DNA from: a virus
DNA length: 64,000 nucleotides
IMG/VR virus record: IMGVR_UViG_3300023184_000030
Span: 108,850 to 172,849 of that record
Reading direction: 5' to 3' (one strand)
A model generated the notes under the pieces. The model did not search any database, was not told the DNA's origin, and saw nothing but the letters and a program-made list of their open reading frames with translations. The position numbers and the translations under genes are program-made. This document shows positions 10,104 through 18,903 of the stretch, in pieces; within the stretch, counting starts at the first letter, position 1, and each line of letters begins with the position of its first letter.

Positions 10104-10125
10104 CAAATATAATAAATTAGTACGG
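10104..10125 (-). promoter_or_regulatory. Bacteroidota-type promoter CCG-N11-TATATTTG
   Basis: Matches the TAnnTTTG -7 consensus; recurs 4 times with the same upstream CG. Confidence 0.65.
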
Positions 10126-10135
10126 AAAAAGCACG

Positions 10136-10168
10136 AAAAACCCCGATCTTTATTAGAATCGGGGTTTT
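10136..10168 (-). terminator. Rho-independent terminator
   Basis: AAAACCCCGAT...ATCGGGGTTTT directly after the 825-aa gene. Confidence 0.85.
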
Positions 10169-10170
10169 AT

Positions 10171-12648
10171 TTATTTTGCTTCAATATTAACGCATTTGAA
10201 AGGTGATTGCTGCGGTATCTCATCGAATGAAGTTGAATTCATTCTTTTGACATGCGTTGCTATGCTAGGATAAATGTCAGCAGCTATATAATAGCAGTTA
10301 TTACCTAGAATATTTTTTATTCCGCTATCAGATCCTTTCATGTTACCTAATATGCCAATTCCATCAAGCGAAGATGACATCTGCCTTTTGGATGTAGTTT
10401 TCTTTTTCTTAATATCATCATATTCTCCTACGATGATTTTAGATCCCTCATAAGTTAATAGGGGTCCGCTGTCTGAGTCATCTTCAGTTAGACCGAATAT
10501 ACTATCTTTAGATATTCTTTTAGCTGTAGAAGCGCCTAAAACATTATCATTGATCCATTTTATACAGCTTACGAATTTGCTTCCGTCAAAGGTAACACAG
10601 TTAGCTATCATTACAAGGAAGTTGTTAATAGCAACAAATTCCTCTTTACCTAAATCTGGACTTCTATCACTTTTTTGTAAAGCGATGTTAAAAGCTCTAG
10701 ATATGTCGCCCTTAAGATTATCGTAATCTATAAAAGGAATTTCTTTATTCTTGATAGACGATTCCATCATTTCAAAAGGTCCAGAAAGATCTAGATCATC
10801 GTTATCTGAATTTTTACTAATTAATTGTTTTATACCATCATATCTAAACTGGGGTCTAATCATACCGAACGTTGTCCAACCTTTAAGATAATTTCTAAGA
10901 AATTCAGTTGCGTCTTCGTTGCCTAATGTTTTAATTTGTCTAGCCTCTGTCCATTTGTTCCAGTTGCATGGGGTTTTTAATGATGATGATCCTAGGTTGA
11001 TATTATAAACTGCACCTTTAGAAAAGAAATATGAGAATTCTTCCGCTGGTTTAGCTTTATCTAAAGCTAGATTCCAATCTTTTATAAATTCTGTGCTGTA
11101 GGATGATTTAAGAGATCCATCCTGCTTAATAAAATCATCAGACTCTACTTTTATATTATATTCAGATCTAAGTTTTTTAGCTAATCCACGTACTCCTGAA
11201 GCTGATTTTGCATCAGATGATCCTGATGATTTTTCTGGAGATGCTACTGCTCCTTGAGCTTTATATTGAACAGCTAACTCCTTTTCAAAATCAGAATTGT
11301 TGATAGTGATTTTACCCTCATTAACACTAGAGAATAATTCAGAAATACTTTTAACATAACCCGAATTAGATGTGCTTTCATGCATTTTTGTTCCTATCGT
11401 ATGCAAAGCTGTATTGATAGCTTTTCTATTCTTATCTGAAACCCAATCTGAAGCAATTATATCAGTTAATAATGCTTGGTCTATCTGACCGCTTGCATTT
11501 TTATTACCTGATAATTTTTGGATAGTTGAGATAACAGAAGTTGTAGCTGGACCATATTTTCCATTAGGACCTCCTTTAGATTTTATCAGCTTACCTGCAG
11601 AAGTTATACCGTCACAAAGTGCAGTTTGAATAGCAAAGATTAATCCGCTTCCTTTTATCTTCTTATCAGAATCTGCATCCCCTCTTTTTAAAGGAAAAAT
11701 TGCTTTAGCAGTTTCCACTTCTTTAACCTCATTTTCATCCTTGATAACCTTAACAGCTATCCCGTACTGTGTCTTTGCTCTAGTCATAAGATCTAGTGCT
11801 TGATTAACTAAATTAGTAACGTCGGAATACGTTGTATAAACTTCTTCGTCATCCTCTAACTTTTGTAGAGATCTATTTGCTGTTTGAATCATAGTGTTGT
11901 TAAATTCTTCCTGAAATTTATCAACTTGCTTTTCTAATTCTTCAAGCATTTTTCTATTCTTGTCTCCACCATCTGTATTATCTAAAGCCTTTCTTTTCTC
12001 GTCAAGATCTAGAAATGTTCTTTTCCAATCTCTTCCATATCCTGATTTTTGATCTTTACCCTCGGAAGAACTTATTAGATTGGTAAGTAATTTTTTTAGA
12101 TTATCAACTCTTCTTTTATAACCAGTGAAAATAGATTCATTTAACATATCATCAGAATCAAATCCTTCGCTGTCATTTAGCTTCTTAGCTTCTTCTTCTG
12201 CTTGTTTAGCTATGTTGTCTATCGAATTCTGAAGTTTAGTTGTAGCCATCTTAAACTGCTTAAATATAACCTCATCTTTAGATTTAGAAATTTCTGAAGT
12301 TCTATCAAGTGCTTCAGCAAATTTATGTAAGCTCTCAAGATACAGTCTTTTAGCTTCTGCATATTTAGAATTTGCTAAATCATTATCGTCTGCATAGTCG
12401 ATCAATTTAGCGGTTAAAGATTTTACCGTTTTAGAACTTGCAACATCGGAAAGCTTAAGCCTGATAACATCTGGATTTCTATCCCTTTTTGGAGCCAAAT
12501 CAAAGGTTAATATCTTGAAAGCATTTAAAGCATTATCACAAACCTTAACAAGCAAAGAATCTACTTGTTCATTTTCTAATAGCCTAGTATAATATCCTTC
12601 CAATAGCTGTTTAGCTACCTGATTGTGGATGTATGGATTATTGTTCAT
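10171..12648 (-). CDS. Large putative virion protein with a coiled coil and a peptidoglycan-binding-like domain
   Basis: 825 aa; LKRGD...IQTAL...NGKYGPATTSVISTIQK...SGQID resembles PG_binding_1; several [LIV]xE sites. Confidence 0.6.
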   Translation of the reverse strand: MNNNPYIHNQVAKQLLEGYYTRLLENEQVDSLLVKVCDNALNAFKILTFDLAPKRDRNPDVIRLKLSDVASSKTVKSLTAKLIDYADDNDLANSKYAEAKRLYLESLHKFAEALDRTSEISKSKDEVIFKQFKMATTKLQNSIDNIAKQAEEEAKKLNDSEGFDSDDMLNESIFTGYKRRVDNLKKLLTNLISSSEGKDQKSGYGRDWKRTFLDLDEKRKALDNTDGGDKNRKMLEELEKQVDKFQEEFNNTMIQTANRSLQKLEDDEEVYTTYSDVTNLVNQALDLMTRAKTQYGIAVKVIKDENEVKEVETAKAIFPLKRGDADSDKKIKGSGLIFAIQTALCDGITSAGKLIKSKGGPNGKYGPATTSVISTIQKLSGNKNASGQIDQALLTDIIASDWVSDKNRKAINTALHTIGTKMHESTSNSGYVKSISELFSSVNEGKITINNSDFEKELAVQYKAQGAVASPEKSSGSSDAKSASGVRGLAKKLRSEYNIKVESDDFIKQDGSLKSSYSTEFIKDWNLALDKAKPAEEFSYFFSKGAVYNINLGSSSLKTPCNWNKWTEARQIKTLGNEDATEFLRNYLKGWTTFGMIRPQFRYDGIKQLISKNSDNDDLDLSGPFEMMESSIKNKEIPFIDYDNLKGDISRAFNIALQKSDRSPDLGKEEFVAINNFLVMIANCVTFDGSKFVSCIKWINDNVLGASTAKRISKDSIFGLTEDDSDSGPLLTYEGSKIIVGEYDDIKKKKTTSKRQMSSSLDGIGILGNMKGSDSGIKNILGNNCYYIAADIYPSIATHVKRMNSTSFDEIPQQSPFKCVNIEAK

Positions 12649-12662
12649 AATTTATTAATCTT

Positions 12663-12947
12663 TTAGTATATATTTTCTTTAGGTCCAGCAGCATTCTTAC
12701 CAGTATTACTCTTTTGTATTTCAGCTGAAAGGCTTTTCATCAAAACGGATATTTCCTGATATATCCCTGCTTGTTGATTTATACTTGCTATCTCTGAAGC
12801 AGTATCTCCAGGTTTTTTAGAATCCTTAGCACTTTTAATTGCATCAAATTTTTGGGAAAGAGTTGTTTTTATTCCCTGTACTTTGGTTTCCCCACTGTCT
12901 TCCTCATTAACAAGGAATTCTCTAAATTTAAGCATATTTTCTAGCAA
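12663..12947 (-). CDS. Candidate internal head protein
   Basis: MLKFREFLVNE N-terminus. Confidence 0.7.
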   Translation of the reverse strand: MLENMLKFREFLVNEEDSGETKVQGIKTTLSQKFDAIKSAKDSKKPGDTASEIASINQQAGIYQEISVLMKSLSAEIQKSNTGKNAAGPKENIY

Positions 12948-13866
12948 TTGTTATTTTGGATCTTAGATCTCTTATTTCATCCATATATTTCTCTCTGATC
13001 TCCTTTATTCTTTTCGAAGCTAATTCTCTTGCTTCCTCCGGAGTAGTTGAGTTTTCAACTTCTTTATTTAGAATATCCCTTTCCATATCCATAGCAACAT
13101 ATCTGTCATTTCTCTCTTTTAAAAGGAAGGAAACAAGTTTCTTTGCTTGGGCAGGAATGTATCCCTTTATAGCATTTGTAAATTCGGTCAAAGGAAGTTT
13201 AGCAATAAATTCAAACGAAGCATCGCTTTCATTTCCTGATTTAGTGGAATTATCTGTTCCGGTGGTAGATCTAGTTGATCTTGATCTATCCTTAAATCTC
13301 TCGCCTGACTCAATGTCCTTAGTCATTAAGTTACCATACCTATTTCTGAAGTCAGTATCCTTTTGCTTAGCTTTTAGAACTGCTGCTTTGTACTTAGCAT
13401 ATAGTGATCCGGAAAGTGATGAATCGGCTAGATTTTTAGCTCTTTTGTACATCTCCTCAGCTATATCAGCATCAACGTTTGTTTTAAGTTTCTCCCAATA
13501 TATTCTAACTCTTTTATTCTCGCTTACCACATCTCTAACCTTAGTGAATATGCTTTCAGTCCTCTTCTCATGGGATCTAGACTGAGCATCCATTAACTCG
13601 TTATTTCTTTGAATCAAACGATCAATTCTTTTTATCTCTGCAGGATCGCTTTTAGTTTGAGATCTTTCCAGATCTAATTTATCGATCTCAACATTAATAT
13701 CTTCCCATTTTTCAACATATTCAATCTCTGCTGATCTATACTCATTAGCTAATTTATCTAATGAATCTATACTGCCACCAAAAGTGCCACTCAACCAGTT
13801 TTTTATCTTGTCAAATACACCAGCTTCGTTTAAGCTGTCCCATTCTTTAAATTTTAAAGTCATCAT
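12928..13866 (-). CDS. Coiled-coil candidate internal head protein (paralogue of 13866..15014)
   Basis: MTLKFKEWDSLNE N-terminus; highly charged helical sequence. Confidence 0.75.
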   Translation of the reverse strand: MMTLKFKEWDSLNEAGVFDKIKNWLSGTFGGSIDSLDKLANEYRSAEIEYVEKWEDINVEIDKLDLERSQTKSDPAEIKRIDRLIQRNNELMDAQSRSHEKRTESIFTKVRDVVSENKRVRIYWEKLKTNVDADIAEEMYKRAKNLADSSLSGSLYAKYKAAVLKAKQKDTDFRNRYGNLMTKDIESGERFKDRSRSTRSTTGTDNSTKSGNESDASFEFIAKLPLTEFTNAIKGYIPAQAKKLVSFLLKERNDRYVAMDMERDILNKEVENSTTPEEARELASKRIKEIREKYMDEIRDLRSKITIARKYA

Positions 13867-15014
13867 TAGTTATTTAGTTTATCTTTTGCTGATCTTAATT
13901 TACCAGCGTCAATTTTACCGGTGGGTGTAACAAATACATCAGAAATTATTTTCTTGGTTCCAGAGTTTGCATCTTCACCATCAACTATTCCTTGATTTAT
14001 CATATTGGTTAACTTGGTAAACTCCTGCTCCTTGCTTAATTTTTTATCTATATCTGATTCAGTTTTACCTAGGTCTCTGAATAATTTCAATAGATTTTTT
14101 TTAGAATCTAAGGCTGAGCTAAGTTCAAGCAATTCAATCTTAGACCTTTCTACGTAAGATTTACTAACTTTATCAGGGTTAGCTTTTATTCTTTTTTCTA
14201 AAGTTGTCAATTTCCTTTCGATGTCTGCTCTTAAATCAGCAATATCTTTTTCTAGTTCTTTTTTTCTATCAATGATATCCTTGCCTCTTCTTCCAGCAAC
14301 CTTTCTCTTTTCCTTCTCAGGATCTAACGAAAGATCATCAGAATTATCCGATTCTGGTCCTTCTTCCGATTTGGATTTTTTATCCATTTGGTCTTTTAGA
14401 TCTTGAGCTTTTTCTTCTGCCTCTTTCTTCTTCTCCTTAATCTTCTCTTCGAATTTTTTGATATCCGAATCATCAGCTCTATCCTTAGCTAATTTGTATT
14501 CAAGTTCAGCTAATGCAATTTCGTCATCTGCTCTTGCTGCTTCGAAATATTCTCTTCTTCTAGGATTATTTTCAATGACCTTGTTTATGTAATCCTTTGC
14601 TTTCTTTATCTTAAGAGCATGAGACTTTAGGAAGGATTCAAACTCTCTTATTTTACTGTCTCTATCTTTCTCAACAGCGTTTATTTTTTCTTTATCGTTT
14701 ATCGAACTTAAACCATCTATCTCAGAATCCAATTTCTCTACGCTTTCATCAAAAGCATCCCTCTTTTCTATAATATCAATTTCTAAGTCTACCAGAAGTT
14801 TTCTAGCCTTATCAATCATACCAACTCTAGATAAAGAGCCTAAGAAAAATTTAGAAAGAGAATTCTTAAGGTAGTCTCCGAAGATTCCTTCGTTTATTGT
14901 GTGGTTAGGTTCTGCTGCTTCTAAAGAAGCAAACTCCTCACTAAGTTCACGGTCTACAGTTTCTATTAGAGACTCGTATTTTTTAAAATCATTAAAAGAT
15001 GGTAAATTCTTCAT
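13866..15014 (-). CDS. Coiled-coil candidate internal head protein (paralogue of 12928..13866)
   Basis: MKNLPSFNDFKKYESLIE N-terminus; GATATATA at 15041-15048. Confidence 0.75.
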   Translation of the reverse strand: MKNLPSFNDFKKYESLIETVDRELSEEFASLEAAEPNHTINEGIFGDYLKNSLSKFFLGSLSRVGMIDKARKLLVDLEIDIIEKRDAFDESVEKLDSEIDGLSSINDKEKINAVEKDRDSKIREFESFLKSHALKIKKAKDYINKVIENNPRRREYFEAARADDEIALAELEYKLAKDRADDSDIKKFEEKIKEKKKEAEEKAQDLKDQMDKKSKSEEGPESDNSDDLSLDPEKEKRKVAGRRGKDIIDRKKELEKDIADLRADIERKLTTLEKRIKANPDKVSKSYVERSKIELLELSSALDSKKNLLKLFRDLGKTESDIDKKLSKEQEFTKLTNMINQGIVDGEDANSGTKKIISDVFVTPTGKIDAGKLRSAKDKLNN

Positions 15015-15081
15015 TACAATACAATACTTTTTTTACATTGTATATATCCAATTTATATTTTCATTCTTAACCAGCAAGCAC

Positions 15082-15112
15082 AAAAAAACCCTAGGATAAA
15101 TCCTAGGGTTTT
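15082..15112 (-). terminator. Rho-independent terminator after the major capsid gene
   Basis: AAAACCCTAGGA-TAAA-TCCTAGGGTTTT with a U-tract on the minus strand. Confidence 0.88.
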
Positions 15113-15130
15113 AATTATGCGTGAGTTAGA

Positions 15131-16852
15131 TTATGCTAAACCGCCAGCAGGTACGTTAACATAGAATGTTAAGTACATAGTTTCTGGTAAGAAACCAGCT
15201 TCTACTAGAGCGTATCTAGATTTAACTGCGATTTTAGGTGACATTGTACCTTCAGAGATAGTCTGAATAGATTCTGCCATCATGTAAGGCATAAATTTGA
15301 TACCTGGCTCATCGTCTCCACCTTTTCTACCGATACAAACTCTTGTATCACTGTAGCTCATGTTTTGATCAACATATACAGTCATACCAGCAAGCGAACC
15401 TACAGGGTATAAAGTACCGTTGTTTTGAGTTAAAGTGTTAGAGAATGGAGCGAAAGTGAATTGAGAGATGTCTTGAAGTGCACTTGCAACTGCAGCGTTT
15501 GTAACGATGAAGTTAGCAGGACCTCTTCTACCTCTGTTAGCTACCACGTTAGCAGCTGCAAGGATTCTAGAGAATAATCTTCTTTGTAAAGTTGATAAGT
15601 TCTCATATCCTCCTGATGCAGGACCTGCAGGGATTACCATAGTTCCAGTAGTATCGTCTTTTCTAACATAAGCAGCTGTAGTTCCAGCACCACCACCAAT
15701 AACTAAGTTTAAGTTAAGGTTTTGGTTTTCTACACTGTTGAATTGAGTGTGGTTAGACCATCCTAAAGCAAATGCTCTTGAAAGGATGTGCTTGTTAATT
15801 GCTTGAGAAACCTCGTTAACTAATGCGTTCTCGATCATTGAAATAACATCGATACCGAATTGTTTGTTAAGGTCTTGGATTTGCTCAGTTGTAACTGATG
15901 CAGCAACTTGGAAAGTTTCAGCTTCTACGAATTTAGTGAAAGTTGAAAGACCCATTGAGTTGTAGTAAGTAGACTCAGCAACACCTCTTAACATTGGGTT
16001 GTAAGTTTTAGTACCATCAACGTAAGGACCTTGCCAAGCTTGGTCGTTGTTGAAACCAGCTCCAGAGTAACCTTGGATGTGATCTTCTAAAGCTTTAACT
16101 AATTGTGCAGTACCTGAGGTATTTGCAGTGTAGAATCCTGATCCACCAGCTCCAGTAACTACTTGTGCAGGAGTACCGTTGAAGTAAGAAGCAACGTTAG
16201 AACCTGATGCGATACCAGTGATTTGGAAAATAGCAAATCCATCAATTCTTGATAGACCTACGAAAGTTAGGTTTAAAGTGTTGCTTACAGAAGCAGTAGC
16301 ACCTGCGGTGAAAGTACCAGCAGTAGCACCAGTAGTACCAGCAGCTCCAGAAGCAGTTTGGTAAACTGGGAATTTAATCATTGAAGGAGCAGTAGCTAAC
16401 TGATCAGTTGCATTACCTGCAGCTGCAGCAGCAACTTTACCACCTGCGTATACGTAGTCTAAGTAAGACAAGATACCAGTTGGACCTGACATAGGGATAA
16501 CAGGAACGATATCAAAACCTACAGTCTTCGCAGCTACTTGAATAGCTAATGGAAGTAATGAAGGGAATTTATCGCCTGAACCTTGCCAAGTGTTGTTATA
16601 AAAACCAGCGTTAGCGCCAGTTGATAATGCAGATCCACCACCGAATGATGCACCTGGGAATGCTGGAGGAGCAACAGTACCCATACCGTTTACTACGCCT
16701 AGTGAGTTGTATGCACCAGCAGATTCGTTTAATGAATGGTAATGACAATATTTAGTCAACCATCCTTTTTTGTTCTCATCTGTGATACCAGCCTTGCTCT
16801 CAATAAGAGGTGACCATGTTTCATAGATTTCTTGTTCGTTAATCAATTTCAT
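15131..16852 (-). CDS. gp23: Major capsid protein (T4 gp23-like)
   Basis: VIPMSGPTG, EQIQDL, RGRRGPANFIV, FMPY, PKIAVKSRYAL motifs; strong codon bias. Confidence 0.95.
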   Translation of the reverse strand: MKLINEQEIYETWSPLIESKAGITDENKKGWLTKYCHYHSLNESAGAYNSLGVVNGMGTVAPPAFPGASFGGGSALSTGANAGFYNNTWQGSGDKFPSLLPLAIQVAAKTVGFDIVPVIPMSGPTGILSYLDYVYAGGKVAAAAAGNATDQLATAPSMIKFPVYQTASGAAGTTGATAGTFTAGATASVSNTLNLTFVGLSRIDGFAIFQITGIASGSNVASYFNGTPAQVVTGAGGSGFYTANTSGTAQLVKALEDHIQGYSGAGFNNDQAWQGPYVDGTKTYNPMLRGVAESTYYNSMGLSTFTKFVEAETFQVAASVTTEQIQDLNKQFGIDVISMIENALVNEVSQAINKHILSRAFALGWSNHTQFNSVENQNLNLNLVIGGGAGTTAAYVRKDDTTGTMVIPAGPASGGYENLSTLQRRLFSRILAAANVVANRGRRGPANFIVTNAAVASALQDISQFTFAPFSNTLTQNNGTLYPVGSLAGMTVYVDQNMSYSDTRVCIGRKGGDDEPGIKFMPYMMAESIQTISEGTMSPKIAVKSRYALVEAGFLPETMYLTFYVNVPAGGLA

Positions 16853-16878
16853 GATTTTAGTTGTTTTTTTTAGTTTAT

Positions 16879-18843
16879 TTATCTTTTTGGAAATTTTTGC
16901 TCAAGTGCAGAAGCAATATAATTCATATAATCTGAAGAATACGCTTGTGGTTTTGCAGTCTCGGCTACATTTTCACTCTCGTCAAGTTTTTGTACTCCAA
17001 CCAATTTAGCTCCAAGCTGACGTGTTGACCAGAAATTTTTGATCTGGTAAGGTGTATCTAAATTATAGAAGTTTGACTGAGCAACAATTGATTGCTGATG
17101 TCCTTCTGATAAAGATTCCCATACCGGAGCATATTCTGCTGGCATTTCGTCAATAAACTTAAGACCTGTTTTAGTGGTGTCGTCTGACTCGTTAAGAGCT
17201 GTTTCGTTAGCCTTTTGTGTTTCGGCTGGTGTTGTTACTGCTTTAGCAGCTTCGTTGATATTTGAAGCGGTTTTTTGTGTTTTAACCGATTCTATTAATG
17301 AATCAATCTGTGAAGTTAAGTTCTCGTAGTTTCCAGCAAAGCCAGATTCATTAAGACCTGCTTCTGCAGATAGATTTACATTTTCTACTAATGATGTGGT
17401 ATTATCAGAAGGCAATTTATTAGCAATTGATTCTGCGATATACTCACTGTAAGCAATACCTTTGTTTAATTTCTCTGCAAGGTATTCTGAATAGTCTAAT
17501 CCTTTATTAACATTCTCTGCTAAGTAATCAGAATATTCGATATTTTTGTTTAGGTTTTCTGCAATGTACTCAGTGTATTCGATTCCGTTGTTTAATTTTT
17601 CTGCAACGTACTCCGTATAAGCAATACCTTTATCTAAGTTTTCACCTAAGTATTCTGAATAAGCAATACCTTTATCTACGTTTTCTGCTAAGTACTCAGA
17701 GTATTGAATATTTTGATCCAATTTTTCTGCTAGGTATTTAGAATATTCGATATTCTTATCTACGCTCTCAGCTACATACTCAGAATAAGAAATAGATTTA
17801 TCAACATTCTCAGCTAGATATTTAGCATAAGAAATATTTTTATCTAGATTTTCAGCCAAATATTTACTGTAGTTGATAGTGCTGTCTAAGTTTTCTGCAA
17901 GGTATTCACCATACTTAATAGAATTCTCTAAGTTTTCTGCTAAATACTCTGCATATTTTTCAAGCTTAGCAACTCTTTCCTCAAGAGCTTCATTGGCCTT
18001 ACTTAAATCTTCAGATTCAGTTAGCGATGTTTTTTGGGTTTTAGCCTCTGCGATAGCGGCTCTCATCGAATCCATTTCCTTTTTCAAGAAGACTGAATAC
18101 TGATTAAGCTCCTCCGCAGTAACAAATTCATTGTTCTCCATAAGGACTGATTTATTTTTATTGTCTGATTTATTCACGATTTTATTGAATTCTTCGTTAT
18201 TTTCAACTTTATATATCTTCAATGAAGATTCTTTTTCGATACCTAAAGATTCATTTAAGCATTCTAATGTATTTAATATGCTATTATTCTTTATATCCTG
18301 AAATTGCTGTGATGAAAAGCCTTCACTTTCGTAAACTCTTTCAAGCTGAGCATCTTTAAATCCAGGATCTGCTACTAGATCATAGGTAAAGATTTTTTTA
18401 ATTGCCACTTTTTTATCGTTACCAACAGATCCAGCTGCTCTTGAAGAAATAGAAAGGGGAACACCAGCATCTACCAGGTTCTTAGCTATTCTACCCGCTG
18501 GGGTATCAAGAAGCTTCACTTTTATTTTAAGATCTCTCTTACCTTTATCATAATTAAGATCCGTGATCATATGAGAGATGTTCTTAAGCGATACGTCAAA
18601 TTTCTCGGGGTGATCTAATTCACCAACTAATCTATTCTGAGCTATCTTATCTTTTAGATAATCTAGATGAGGTAAATATTCACTCTCTTCATAAATTCTA
18701 TTGTTGTTGTTTTCTTTACCGAAAACAGCAGCAATACCTTCTAGGATATAATCATCTGTATCAGACTTTTTAGCTTCTAGAACGGAATTCTGTCTTTCAA
18801 GGATGAATACCATGTTTTCATTTATTGATTGTAGTTGTGGCAT
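16879..18843 (-). CDS. gp21: Prohead protease (T4 gp21-like) fused to a long repeat/scaffold domain
   Basis: NNNNRIY, GELDHP (His), DTPAG, ISSRAAG (Ser), YDLVADPG; C-terminal coiled-coil repeats; directly upstream of the capsid gene. Confidence 0.9.
   Translation of the reverse strand: MPQLQSINENMVFILERQNSVLEAKKSDTDDYILEGIAAVFGKENNNNRIYEESEYLPHLDYLKDKIAQNRLVGELDHPEKFDVSLKNISHMITDLNYDKGKRDLKIKVKLLDTPAGRIAKNLVDAGVPLSISSRAAGSVGNDKKVAIKKIFTYDLVADPGFKDAQLERVYESEGFSSQQFQDIKNNSILNTLECLNESLGIEKESSLKIYKVENNEEFNKIVNKSDNKNKSVLMENNEFVTAEELNQYSVFLKKEMDSMRAAIAEAKTQKTSLTESEDLSKANEALEERVAKLEKYAEYLAENLENSIKYGEYLAENLDSTINYSKYLAENLDKNISYAKYLAENVDKSISYSEYVAESVDKNIEYSKYLAEKLDQNIQYSEYLAENVDKGIAYSEYLGENLDKGIAYTEYVAEKLNNGIEYTEYIAENLNKNIEYSDYLAENVNKGLDYSEYLAEKLNKGIAYSEYIAESIANKLPSDNTTSLVENVNLSAEAGLNESGFAGNYENLTSQIDSLIESVKTQKTASNINEAAKAVTTPAETQKANETALNESDDTTKTGLKFIDEMPAEYAPVWESLSEGHQQSIVAQSNFYNLDTPYQIKNFWSTRQLGAKLVGVQKLDESENVAETAKPQAYSSDYMNYIASALEQKFPKR
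17425..17959 (-). repeat. 13 tandem 42-bp (14-aa) coding repeats, consensus xYSEYLAENLDKxI
   Basis: Read directly from the translation. Confidence 0.9.
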
Positions 18844-18871
18844 GTTTTTTATACTACTTTTTTATGTTTAT

Positions 18872-18879
18872 TATATATC
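18872..18879 (-). promoter_or_regulatory. Putative late promoter GATATATA for the protease-capsid operon
   Basis: Recurrent motif about 30 nt upstream of the ATG. Confidence 0.7.
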
Positions 18880-18903
18880 GACGGAAAAAATTATTTTTTT
18901 CGC

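Noticed and set aside
17425-17959. Possible CRISPR array or non-coding tandem repeat
   Set aside because: 42-bp units are degenerate at synonymous positions, have no unique spacers and are in frame within the protease gene
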